This document shows positions 10,055 to 19,318 of a stretch of 32,000 nt of DNA, piece by piece. The DNA is from Clostridiales bacterium (GTDB lineage: Bacteria; Bacillota; Clostridia; TANB77; CAG-508), in NCBI GenBank assembly GCA_013333105.2, contig JABCPO020000039.1:29354-61353 (forward strand). Reading direction: 5' to 3'. A model generated the notes under the pieces. That model had not been told where the DNA came from and did no database searches. It saw only the letters and a program-made list of their open reading frames with translations. Positions within the stretch are counted from its first letter, which is position 1. The number at the start of each line of letters is the position of its first letter. The position numbers and the translations under genes are program-made.

Positions 10055-10083
10055 AGTTTAACATAATATTCGTCTTTTTGCAA
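10055..10083 (-). promoter_or_regulatory. Putative sigma-A-type promoter for the CooC/PLP cluster
   Basis: Minus strand TTGCAA (10083-10078), 17-nt spacer, TAAACT (10060-10055), followed by an AGAGG ribosome-binding site just before the ATG at 10015. Confidence 0.45.
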
Positions 10084-10120
10084 ATCATTCGCGTTTCATT
10101 TATTTTAATCTCAATAAACA

Positions 10121-10144
10121 AATCGGTAAGATATCTTACCGATT
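10121..10144. terminator. Perfect 24-bp palindrome; possible dnaE terminator or operator
   Basis: AATCGGTAAGAT/ATCTTACCGATT at 10121-10144, flanked by aataaaca (10113-10120) and tgtttatt, which can pair as outer arms around a bulge. It lies 29 bp past the dnaE stop and has only a weak T tract. Confidence 0.5.
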
Positions 10145-10173
10145 AAATTTATGTTTATTTTTATATTTATCTA

Positions 10174-13100
10174 TTATTTTTTATTTATAACTATTTGTGA
10201 TATATGTTCTACAAACACACTTGTATCTTCTCCTTTTAATTGAATTCTACCTTTAATACCAACTAAATTTCCAGCAAATGCTACTTCTCTATATTTTTCA
10301 TATGTATTTTCAAACATTATCAATTCAAATTGTCCATACAAATCTTCTAAAGTTAATAATATCAATGTTTTCCCTTTTTTAGTTATTTTCTTTTTAACTT
10401 TTTCTATTATTCCTGCTGTTGATACTATTCCTTCTTTCCATTCTTTAACATTTTCACCACTTTTTATTCTGCGAATATCATTATAATCTAAATTTATAGC
10501 TTTAGTTAAATATTTATATATTTTTTGTAATGGATGTCCTGATACATATATTCCAAGCATTTCTTTTTCATACATTAGTTTTTCTGTAGATTTTAATTCT
10601 TCTACCTCTTTATATAATGTAGTATTATCCTCTTCTATATCATCAAAAAATGATCCTTGATTTTTTAATATTCCTGTTTTCTCTCTATCTTCTAATATAT
10701 TCGGATAAGATTCTAATAATGTAGCACGGTTATATCCCAGACCATCTGTAGCTCCTGATTTTATCAATGATTCTATATTTTTTTTATTTATTCCATATTT
10801 TTGCATTCGCTTTACAAAATCTACGAAATCTAAATATTCTCCATTATTTTTTCTTTCTTCTATTATTTTTTCTGCAATTCCTAATCCGACATTTTTTATT
10901 GTACCAAGTCCAAATCTGATTATATCTTGATTCTTATCAACTGAAAACTTTATATAACTTTTATTTATATTCGGTGGTAATACTTTTATCCCTGAATTTA
11001 TTGCATCTTCTATATAAACCGGTATTTTATCTAAATTTCCTAAATAACTATTCATAGTTGCAGCAATGAATTCTTTTCTATAATAACATTTTAAATATGC
11101 AGTTTTATATGATAAAACAGCATATGCTGCTGCATGAGATTTGTTAAATGCATATTTTGCAAATTCTACCATTTCATCGAATATTTTATTTGCTGATTCC
11201 TTATCTATTCCATTTCTTACACATCCCGGAATAACTATTTCTCCATTTTCTTCTAACCCATTAATAAAGATTTCTCTCTCTTTTTGCATTATATCAATCT
11301 TTTTCTTTCCCATTGCTCTTCTCACAAGATCAGCTCTTCCTAGTGAATATCCTGCTAATTTTTGAACAATTTTCATTACCTGTTCTTGATATACCATACA
11401 TCCATATGTAACATCTAATATACTTTCTAATGATTTATGAGTATATTCATTATTCCCTGGATTTTGTTTCCCTTTTATATATCTCGGAATTTGATCCATT
11501 GGACCCGGTCTATAAAGTGATACTCCTGCTATAATATCTTCTATATTATCTGGTTTTAATTCTTTCATAACTTTTGTTATTCCCTCAGACTCAAATTGAA
11601 ATAGTCCTTGAGTATCACCTTTTCTCCACAATTCAAATACATTTTGATCGTCATAATTTAAATTTTTATCTAAATCAATTTCTACTCCTCTTGTACTTTT
11701 TACAATTTCAATACAATCATTTATTAATGTTAAAGTTCTAAGACCTAAAAAATCCATTTTTAAAAGTCCTAATTCTTCAAGATTAGTCATTGTATATTGT
11801 GTAACTATATTTCCATCATTATTATAAAGTGGAACATAATCATTTACTGGTTTATCTGTTATTACTATACCACAAGCATGTGTAGAAATATTTCTTGGCA
11901 TACCTTCTAACTTTATTGCATAATCAATCATTTTCCTTGTTTCTGAATCAGAACTATATAATTGTTTAAATTCTTTATCTATTTCTAATGCTTTTGATAT
12001 ATTTACTTTTCCACCTTCTGGTATATATTTTGTTATGTTATTTACTTTATTATAATCAATATTTAATACTCTACCAACATCTCTAATTACCATTCTTGCA
12101 GACATTGTACCAAATGTTATAATTTGTGCAACATGGTCATTTCCGTATTTTTGACCAATATATTCAATAACTTCTTCTCTTCTTTCATTACAAAAATCAA
12201 TATCAAAATCTGGCATACTTATTCTTTCCGGATTTAAAAATCTTTCAAACAACAAATCATATTTTATTGGATCTATATCTGTAATTTTTAATACATATGC
12301 TGCTAAAGAACCAGCCCCTGATCCTCTTCCAGGTCCTACCGGTATTTTTTTAGATTTAGCAAAATTTATAAAATCCCAAACTATAAGGAAATAATCTGTA
12401 AATCCCATTTTAGTAATTACTTCTAATTCATATTCTAATCTTTTTTTGATATCTTCTGTTGGATTTTCGTATCTTTCCTTAAGTCCTTGATAACATAATT
12501 CTTTTAAATATTTTTCATGATCTATCCCTGTTGGCACTTCGTAATTAGGTAGTTTAGTATTTCCAAACTCAAATTCAAAATTACATTTTTCTGCTATTTT
12601 CACTGTATTTTCTATAGCTTCTGGGAAATTTTTGAAACTTTCTTTCATTTCTTCAGAACTCTTTAAGTAAAATTCATTTGATGTTATTTTCATTCTATTT
12701 TCATCTTCTACTTTTGTTCCTGTTTGAATGCAAATTAAAATATCTTGTTCTACATAATCACCTGGATTTATATAATGGCAATCATTTGTTGCTACTATTT
12801 TAATATTTAATTCCTTTGATAATTTTATAAGTTTCTTATTTAATAATTTTTGTTCTTCTAATCCATTTTCTTGTAATTCTAAATAGTAATCTTCACCAAA
12901 AATTTCAAAATATTCTAACGCTACTTTCTTTCCTTTATCATAATCTTCTAAAATTGCTCTAGCAAGCTCACCTGCTAAACATCCAGATAAACATATTATT
13001 CCTTCGCTATATTTTTTTAACAGTTCTTTATCTATTCTTGGTTTATAATACATTCCCTCTGTGTTTGCAATTGAAATCATATGTGTTAAATTCTTATATC

Positions 13101-13392
13101 CAATCTCACTTTTTGCCAATAATGTTAAATGAAATCTTTGATTATCTATTCCATATTCTTTATCATTCCTTGTTCTCTTAGCAACATATGCTTCGCATCC
13201 AATTATAGGTTTTACTCCTTCTTTTTTACATGCTTTAAAAAATTCAACTGCTCCAAACATACTCCCATGATCAGTTATTGCTACTGCATCCATTCCTAAT
13301 TCTTTTACTCTTTTAGGTATCTCACTTAATCTATTAACTCCATCTAATAAACTAAACTCTGAATGTAAATGTAGATGTACAAATTCCCCCAT
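10174..13392 (-). CDS. dnaE: DNA polymerase III alpha subunit, DnaE type
   Basis: 1072 aa. PHP motif HLHSEFSLLDG...ITDHGSMFGAVEF, GPGRGSGAGSLAAYVLKITDIDPIKYDLLFERFLNPERISMPDFDIDFC, YQEQVMKIVQKLAGYSLGRADLVRRAMGKKK, C-terminal OB region. Confidence 0.98.
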   Translation of the reverse strand: MGEFVHLHLHSEFSLLDGVNRLSEIPKRVKELGMDAVAITDHGSMFGAVEFFKACKKEGVKPIIGCEAYVAKRTRNDKEYGIDNQRFHLTLLAKSEIGYKNLTHMISIANTEGMYYKPRIDKELLKKYSEGIICLSGCLAGELARAILEDYDKGKKVALEYFEIFGEDYYLELQENGLEEQKLLNKKLIKLSKELNIKIVATNDCHYINPGDYVEQDILICIQTGTKVEDENRMKITSNEFYLKSSEEMKESFKNFPEAIENTVKIAEKCNFEFEFGNTKLPNYEVPTGIDHEKYLKELCYQGLKERYENPTEDIKKRLEYELEVITKMGFTDYFLIVWDFINFAKSKKIPVGPGRGSGAGSLAAYVLKITDIDPIKYDLLFERFLNPERISMPDFDIDFCNERREEVIEYIGQKYGNDHVAQIITFGTMSARMVIRDVGRVLNIDYNKVNNITKYIPEGGKVNISKALEIDKEFKQLYSSDSETRKMIDYAIKLEGMPRNISTHACGIVITDKPVNDYVPLYNNDGNIVTQYTMTNLEELGLLKMDFLGLRTLTLINDCIEIVKSTRGVEIDLDKNLNYDDQNVFELWRKGDTQGLFQFESEGITKVMKELKPDNIEDIIAGVSLYRPGPMDQIPRYIKGKQNPGNNEYTHKSLESILDVTYGCMVYQEQVMKIVQKLAGYSLGRADLVRRAMGKKKIDIMQKEREIFINGLEENGEIVIPGCVRNGIDKESANKIFDEMVEFAKYAFNKSHAAAYAVLSYKTAYLKCYYRKEFIAATMNSYLGNLDKIPVYIEDAINSGIKVLPPNINKSYIKFSVDKNQDIIRFGLGTIKNVGLGIAEKIIEERKNNGEYLDFVDFVKRMQKYGINKKNIESLIKSGATDGLGYNRATLLESYPNILEDREKTGILKNQGSFFDDIEEDNTTLYKEVEELKSTEKLMYEKEMLGIYVSGHPLQKIYKYLTKAINLDYNDIRRIKSGENVKEWKEGIVSTAGIIEKVKKKITKKGKTLILLTLEDLYGQFELIMFENTYEKYREVAFAGNLVGIKGRIQLKGEDTSVFVEHISQIVINKK

Positions 13393-13421
13393 TTATCCCC
13401 CTTTTATTTTAAATCTTTTAA

Positions 13422-14189
13422 TTAATATTCCACATTATATAAAAATAATCCTGTAGCTGGTAAAGTTTTACCTGCTTTTTCTCTATTTTTACTTTCTAAT
13501 ATATTTTTCATCTCAGATGCTTTTATTTTACCTTCTCCTACTTCTAATACAGTTCCTGCAATTATTCTAACCATATTGTATAAAAATCCGTTTCCAGTTA
13601 GTTTTATAACTATTCTCTTATCTTCATCCTTATTTTCTCCTAATATATTAGTATTTACTAATTTAACTTCTGCATCATATATAGTTCTAACTGTTGTTTT
13701 TTTAGGAGATCCACTTGATTTAAATGCTTTAAAATCATGTTCTCCTATTAAATATTTTATTGCATTATTCATCTTATTAACATCTAATTTTCTCTTATAA
13801 TAATATTCCTTATTTTTTGTAAGAGCACTTGGCACTTCATTGTTATTTATAATATAAATATATGTTTTTTTCTTTGCATTAAATCTGCTATGAAATTCTT
13901 GACTTACTTCCTCTATATCTTTTATAACAACATTTCCTTTTAACTTGCTATTTAACCCTAATTTCAGATTATTTAATTCTATTTCTTTATTTAATTTAAA
14001 GTTAGCTACCTGAGAATATGCACAAACCCCTGTATCTGTTCTTCCTGAACCTATTAATTCTACTTCTTCTCCAGTTATACTTTTTATTGCTTTTATTATA
14101 TCACCTTGAACTGTTTTCTTGTTTGGTTGAATTTGCCATCCATAATAATTATTTCCTTCATATTCTATCTTTAATCTCAAGTTTCTCAT
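13422..14189 (-). CDS. truA: tRNA pseudouridine(38-40) synthase TruA
   Basis: MRNLRLKIEYEGNNYYGWQIQPNKKTVQGDI...GSGRTDTGVCAYSQVANF...LTGNGFLYNMVRIIAGTVLEVGEG. ORF track start at 14363 looks over-extended; ATG at 14189 has a GGAG ribosome-binding site 6 nt upstream. Confidence 0.96.
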   Translation of the reverse strand: MRNLRLKIEYEGNNYYGWQIQPNKKTVQGDIIKAIKSITGEEVELIGSGRTDTGVCAYSQVANFKLNKEIELNNLKLGLNSKLKGNVVIKDIEEVSQEFHSRFNAKKKTYIYIINNNEVPSALTKNKEYYYKRKLDVNKMNNAIKYLIGEHDFKAFKSSGSPKKTTVRTIYDAEVKLVNTNILGENKDEDKRIVIKLTGNGFLYNMVRIIAGTVLEVGEGKIKASEMKNILESKNREKAGKTLPATGLFLYNVEY

Positions 14190-14247
14190 ATACTTCTCCA
14201 TATCTAATATTAATACCTTTATTATATCATATATATTTTTTATTGCA

Positions 14248-14438
14248 TAAAAATAAACCCCACATTGGCCGCTTTTCGAGTGTCTTTTTAAGGACCTGTC
14301 TTGACAGGTGGGTGAGTGCTTTAATACTTCTGGGATAAAATGTAAACAAGTTATGCACGCCATATTAAAAGGAGACTCTCCCTTTTAGAAACTTGTAGGT
14401 TCTAAAAATAACACAATTCGTACCATGTAGGGTTTATT
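14248..14438 (-). ncRNA. ssrS: 6S RNA (ssrS-like) candidate
   Basis: Minus-strand RNA about 190 nt, closed by AAAUAAACCCUACAU (14438-14424) pairing with AUGUGGGGUUUAUUU (14265-14251). CAUGGUACG near the 5' side, CCCAGAAGUAUUAAAGCACUCACCCACCUGUCAAGACAGG and GCGGCC near the 3' side have the same order and general form as the E. coli 6S segments GAUGUUCG, CCGAGAAGCCUUAAAACUG...CAUUCACCU...CAAG and GCGGC. U-rich 3' end. Sits between polA and truA. Confidence 0.75.
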
Positions 14439-14492
14439 TAATTATCTATATATTATCATTTTTAATATAATTTTTCTAGCTATTTTATAATA

Positions 14493-17400
14493 TTATTTAG
14501 CTTCATTCCAATTTTTTCCTGATTCTATATCTACTTGTAATTTTACTTTTAAATTTGAAGCTTTTTCCATTTCATTTTTCATTATTTCTTTAACTATTTC
14601 TTCTTCTTTTTCTACAACATCAATTAGTATTTCGTCATGAACTTGAAGCACTAATTTACTTTTTAAATTTTCTTTTTTCATTTTTTCATATATATTTATC
14701 ATTGCTATTTTCATAATATCTGCTGCTGTTCCTTGAATTGGAGCATTCATTGCTATTCTTTTTACTTGTTCTCTTATTATATAATTTTTAGAATTAATAT
14801 TAGGCAAATATCTTCTTCTTTTATATTTTGTTTCCACATAGCCATTTTCTTTTCCAAATTCAATAACTTTTTCCATAAAATTATGTATATCTTTATATTT
14901 TTCTAAATATTTACTAATATATTCTTTTGCCTCTCTAACTTGAAGCCCTGTTGACTCAGATAATCCATAATCACTTATCCCATATATTATACCAAAATTT
15001 ACAGCTTTAGCATATGATCTTAATTCACTTGTAACTTCTTCTAATGGCACATTAAAAATTGTACTTGCTGTTGATTTATGTATATCTATATTTTCCTTAA
15101 ATGCTTCTATCATTGTTTTATCTCCAGACATATCAGCTAATACTCTTAATTCTATTTGTGAATAATCTGCATCCAAGAAAATATAATTTTCTGGTTCAAA
15201 TAATTTTCTTATTTCTTTCCCATATTCTTTTCTTACAGGTATATTTTGCATATTTGGTTCTGTAGAACTTAATCTTCCTGTTGCTGTAACTGTTTGGTTA
15301 AAACTTGAATGTACTTTATTAGTATTAGGATTTATGCAAACTTTTAATCCATCAATATATGTTGAAATTAATTTTGTAATTTCCCTATATTCTAAAATAT
15401 ACTCTATAATTTCATGCTTATCTTTTAATTTATTTAAAGCATCTACATCTGTTGAATATCCTGTTTTTGTCTTTTTTACAACTGGTAAATTTAAATCTTC
15501 AAATAATAATTTTCCTAATTGTTTTGGTGAAGATATATTAAAAGTATATCCAGCAATATCTAAAATTTTTTCTTCTATTTCTTTTACTTGTTTTTTTAAT
15601 ATTCTCCCTGTATTTTCTAATTTATCTTTATTTATGTATATTCCATTATTTTGCATATCTGCTAATACATAAATTAAAGGTTTTTCTACTTTTTCATATA
15701 ATTCTAAATTATTAATATCTGTTAATTCTTTTTTTAATTTTTTGCATAATATATATATTATTAAAGGTAAATAGTCTTTTTCATTATATATATTTTTAAT
15801 TTTATTTGTATATATTTCATTTAATTCTTTTAATTCTGATTTAATTTTATTATATTTTTCAGTTTCTTCATCTTCTTCAAAATATAATAAGCTATTTGAA
15901 TATTGTATATTTTCTATATTAAATCCTTTTTTAACTAATTTTTTTATATTAGTAATTACTTTATTTTCTTCTTTAGTCATTAATTTATATAATTTTTCTA
16001 ATTCAAAATTTTTTTCACACAATTTAGTTATATCCATTTTTAAATTTCGTAAACTAACTTCCAGAATATCATATTTATTTAAATTGCTATCTAATAAATA
16101 TGACGCTATTTCTGTATCTAAATCTATATTTAATAGATTTATTCCTTTTTCTTTTAGATATACTAAATGTCTTTTTAATCCATGTCCATTTTTCTTAATA
16201 TTAGCGTCTTCAAATATATCTTTTATCTCATCTATAGTATATTTATATATTTCTACTTTATTTGAGTCACTTTCTTCTACCAATACATCAACTACTATAT
16301 TTTTTTCTTTTGATATGCTCTCTATATACTCTCTTCTATTATCTAATGTATACAATTTTTCTTCTTTATATATCGTATTTAATATATCTAATTCTTTTTT
16401 TTCTAAATTTTCTTCATTTCTATCTGATATTAAAGAAATACTATTAAAATTTAAATAAATTTCTTTTTTATCTTTAATTTTTTCTTTAAATGAATTGAAC
16501 TTTTTTAAACTTTCTTCATATGAATTAAAAATAATTTGATATTTTGAATTTAGATATTCTTCTGTTTTATCTTCATCTATAAATATTTCTTCTGTGTCAT
16601 AATCATTGAGATCTAAACTTTCTTCACCTTCATTTAAATCCATTTTAGAATTTTTTTTATTATCTTCTAATATATCTAAAGTACTTTCTTCTAAATATTT
16701 TTTTAATCCATATTTATCAACTATGCTTTTCATATTTAATGATATTAATTTTTGTGAAACTGCTTTATTTTTCCATGTTTCATATTTTAATTTTTCTAAT
16801 TCATTTTCTATTCCATTTAATTGTTCTATATCAAGATTAATATTAATTTCGCCTAATATTCTAGATAAAAACGCATTTTCTTTATCTATTATTAACTTTT
16901 CTTTTTGCCCTTTTGGAATTTTATTTTCTCCACTTTCTATTTTTTCATACAAATTTTCTAAATTACTGTACTCTTTTAACAATTTAATAGCTGTTTTTTC
17001 ACCTATTCCTTTAACTCCTGGAATATTATCTGAAGAATCTCCCATCAATGCTTTTAACTCGATTAGGTCATTAGGTAATAATGTATATTCTGTTTTTATT
17101 TTTTCTTCATCGTATATAATATATTCTGTTTTTCCTAATGATGTTTTAGGATATTTTATGTAAATTTTAGAATCTACTAATTGAAAATAATCTCTATCTC
17201 CTGTAAGAATACAGACTTTAATTTCATGATTTTTAGTTATTTTTTTAGAAATTGTTCCTAATATGTCATCTGCTTCTTCTCCAGCTTTTTCATATATAGG
17301 TATATTCATTTTCCTTAAAATATCTTTTATCATATCCATTTGTATTCTTAAATCTTCAGGCATTGAATGTCTTCCCGCCTTATATTCTGAATAAATTTGT

Positions 17401-17603
17401 TTTCTTTTATTTTCTCCTTTTAAATCAAATGAAACTGCTAAATAATTAGGTTTTTCATCTTCTACCATTCTAAATAGTATTTGCAAAAATCCATATAAAG
17501 CATTTGTAGGTTTTCCATCTGGTGATGTAAAATTTCTTCCCATAGTAGCGTAAAAAGCTCTATTCATTATACTATTACCATCAATTAATACTAGTTTTTT
17601 CAT
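14493..17603 (-). CDS. polA: DNA polymerase I (5'-3' exonuclease + degenerate 3'-5' exonuclease region + polymerase)
   Basis: 1036 aa. N-terminal LVLIDGNSIMNRAFYA and ALMGDSSDNIPGVKGIGEKTA; polymerase motifs FLDADYSQIELRVLADMSGD, RSYAKAVNFGIIYGISDYGLS, VLQVHDEILIDV. Confidence 0.97.
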   Translation of the reverse strand: MKKLVLIDGNSIMNRAFYATMGRNFTSPDGKPTNALYGFLQILFRMVEDEKPNYLAVSFDLKGENKRKQIYSEYKAGRHSMPEDLRIQMDMIKDILRKMNIPIYEKAGEEADDILGTISKKITKNHEIKVCILTGDRDYFQLVDSKIYIKYPKTSLGKTEYIIYDEEKIKTEYTLLPNDLIELKALMGDSSDNIPGVKGIGEKTAIKLLKEYSNLENLYEKIESGENKIPKGQKEKLIIDKENAFLSRILGEININLDIEQLNGIENELEKLKYETWKNKAVSQKLISLNMKSIVDKYGLKKYLEESTLDILEDNKKNSKMDLNEGEESLDLNDYDTEEIFIDEDKTEEYLNSKYQIIFNSYEESLKKFNSFKEKIKDKKEIYLNFNSISLISDRNEENLEKKELDILNTIYKEEKLYTLDNRREYIESISKEKNIVVDVLVEESDSNKVEIYKYTIDEIKDIFEDANIKKNGHGLKRHLVYLKEKGINLLNIDLDTEIASYLLDSNLNKYDILEVSLRNLKMDITKLCEKNFELEKLYKLMTKEENKVITNIKKLVKKGFNIENIQYSNSLLYFEEDEETEKYNKIKSELKELNEIYTNKIKNIYNEKDYLPLIIYILCKKLKKELTDINNLELYEKVEKPLIYVLADMQNNGIYINKDKLENTGRILKKQVKEIEEKILDIAGYTFNISSPKQLGKLLFEDLNLPVVKKTKTGYSTDVDALNKLKDKHEIIEYILEYREITKLISTYIDGLKVCINPNTNKVHSSFNQTVTATGRLSSTEPNMQNIPVRKEYGKEIRKLFEPENYIFLDADYSQIELRVLADMSGDKTMIEAFKENIDIHKSTASTIFNVPLEEVTSELRSYAKAVNFGIIYGISDYGLSESTGLQVREAKEYISKYLEKYKDIHNFMEKVIEFGKENGYVETKYKRRRYLPNINSKNYIIREQVKRIAMNAPIQGTAADIMKIAMINIYEKMKKENLKSKLVLQVHDEILIDVVEKEEEIVKEIMKNEMEKASNLKVKLQVDIESGKNWNEAK

Positions 17604-17626
17604 TTATCTCTCTTTTCCTTTTTATT

Positions 17627-18632
17627 TTATTTACTAATATTATCTATTCCTAAATAATCGTAAGCTTTTGGTGATACCATTCTTCCTCGTGGACTTCTAA
17701 TTATGTATCCTAATTGTAATAAATATGGTTCATAAACATCTTCTATTGTATCTCTTTCTTCCCCTAATGTTGTTGCTAATGCTTCTATTCCAACAGGACC
17801 ACCATTATATGTTTCAATAATAGTTTTTAAAATTCTTCTATCAGTAGCATCTAATCCTTGTTCATCTATATCTAATCTATCTAGTGCGAATTTAGCTATT
17901 TCTTTTGTTATATTAGAATTATTTAAAACTGTTGCATAATCGGATACTCTTTTTAATAATCTATTTGCTATTCTAGGTGTACCTCTTGATCTTCCTGCAA
18001 TTTCAATAGAAGCTTCTTTGTCAATTACAACTCCTAATATATCTGCACTTCTTCTTATAATTTGATCTAATTCATCTACAGTATATAATTCTAACTTTTC
18101 TATGATCCCAAATCTATCTCTTAATGGGGTTGAAAGCATTCCTGCTCTAGTAGTAGCACCAATAAGTGTAAACTTAGGCAAGTCTATTCTTATAGAACGA
18201 GCACTTGGACCTTTCCCAATTATTATATCTAAAGAATAATCTTCTAATGCTGGATATAATATTTCCTCTACAACTTTACTCATTCTATGTATTTCGTCTA
18301 TAAAAAGTACATCGTTCTCTGCCAAATTTGTTAAAATTGCTGCTAGATCTCCAGCTTTTTCTATTGCAGGTCCTGATGTTATCTTAATATTTGAGTTCAT
18401 TTCATTTGCAATAATATTAGATAATGTAGTCTTTCCGTAACCCAGGTGCTCCATATAATAATATATGATCAAGAGCTACGCCTCTTTTTTTAGCTGACTC
18501 AATATATATTTTTAGATTTTCTTTTATTTTAGATTGACCTATATATTCATTTAAAATTTTAGGTCTTAATGTCACTTCTTCTCTTTCTTCTGTAAAATCA
18601 GTTATATTTGGACTTAAAAAATCTTCTCTCAC
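17627..18632 (-). pseudogene. ruvB: Holliday junction branch migration helicase RuvB, interrupted by one extra base (may be an assembly/sequencing error)
   Basis: Frame 1: ...[44 protein letters not shown] then RK; frame 2: [15 protein letters not shown]...[20 protein letters not shown]...[14 protein letters not shown]...[22 protein letters not shown]. Removing one base near 18437 gives a full 334-aa RuvB with GAPGLGKTTL Walker A. Confidence 0.93.
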
Positions 18633-18646
18633 TTTATCACCTTTCT

Positions 18647-19307
18647 TTAGATTTCAATATTTTTTAATATATAAATATCCTTTTCTAATCTTAATTCTTT
18701 ATTATACTCTCCATTGTCCATTTTAAAATTTTTTCCTAACAAATTAGAATAAAATTCTATAAATATTTCTATTTTATCAATCGGTATTTCTATTGATATC
18801 TCAACATTTTCTGCATATTTTTCTTCTAATATATTAAATTCATTTTGATTACAAAAATTTTTAACAATGTCCACAAATTTATAGTCAAATGTGCATACTA
18901 TTTTTTTACCTTTAATATATTCAAATTTTTCCGATATATTTATAACATTTTTAGCTCCACTTCCATATGCTCTTATAAGTCCACCTGTGCCTAATAAAGT
19001 TCCACCAAAATATCTAGTAACTATAATTAATACATCTGTTAATTTTGCATATTTAATCGCTTCTAATATTGGATACCCTGCAGTTTTTGAAGGTTCTCCA
19101 TCATCACTAAACCTTTCTATATTTCCGAACTATATATGCATAGCAATTATGTGTAGCATCATTATATTTTTGATTATACATTTCAATAATATTTTTTGAT
19201 TCTTCTTCTGAACTAATATGGAAAATATTTGTTATAAATTTTGAATTTTGTATAGTTTCTTCAAATGTTTTTTGATACTTAATAGTTATAATACTTTTAT
19301 TTTCCAT
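18647..19307 (-). pseudogene. YigZ/IMPACT family protein, interrupted by one extra base (may be an assembly/sequencing error)
   Basis: Frame 1: FEETIQNSKFITNIFHISSEEES...YNDATHNCYAYIV; after skipping one base near 19127: GNIERFSDDGEPSKTAGYPILEAIKYAKLTDVLIVITRYFGGTLLGTGGLIRAYGSGAKNVI, then the 18647-18874 ORF. Restored length about 219 aa. Confidence 0.9.
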
Positions 19308-19318
19308 ATTACTCCTTT

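Noticed and set aside
14018-14338. Plus-strand 106-aa ORF opposite truA and the 6S candidate
   Set aside because: Antisense to truA and overlaps the structured RNA; L/Y-rich low-complexity product.
14190-14363. N-terminal extension of TruA in the ORF track (MACITCLHFIPEVLKHSPT...)
   Set aside because: No similarity to TruA, overlaps the 6S RNA candidate, and an internal ATG with a good ribosome-binding site gives the standard N-terminus.
16084-17163. Plus-strand ORFs of 61-185 aa opposite polA
   Set aside because: Antisense to a confident polA; Ser/Phe/Leu-rich translation, no domain features.
18417-18480. Programmed frameshift in ruvB
   Set aside because: Not supported as the main explanation: no slippery heptamer was seen at the site, the shift falls within Walker A, and a second near-identical single-C insertion occurs nearby, which favours sequencing error. 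Raw reads are needed to settle it.
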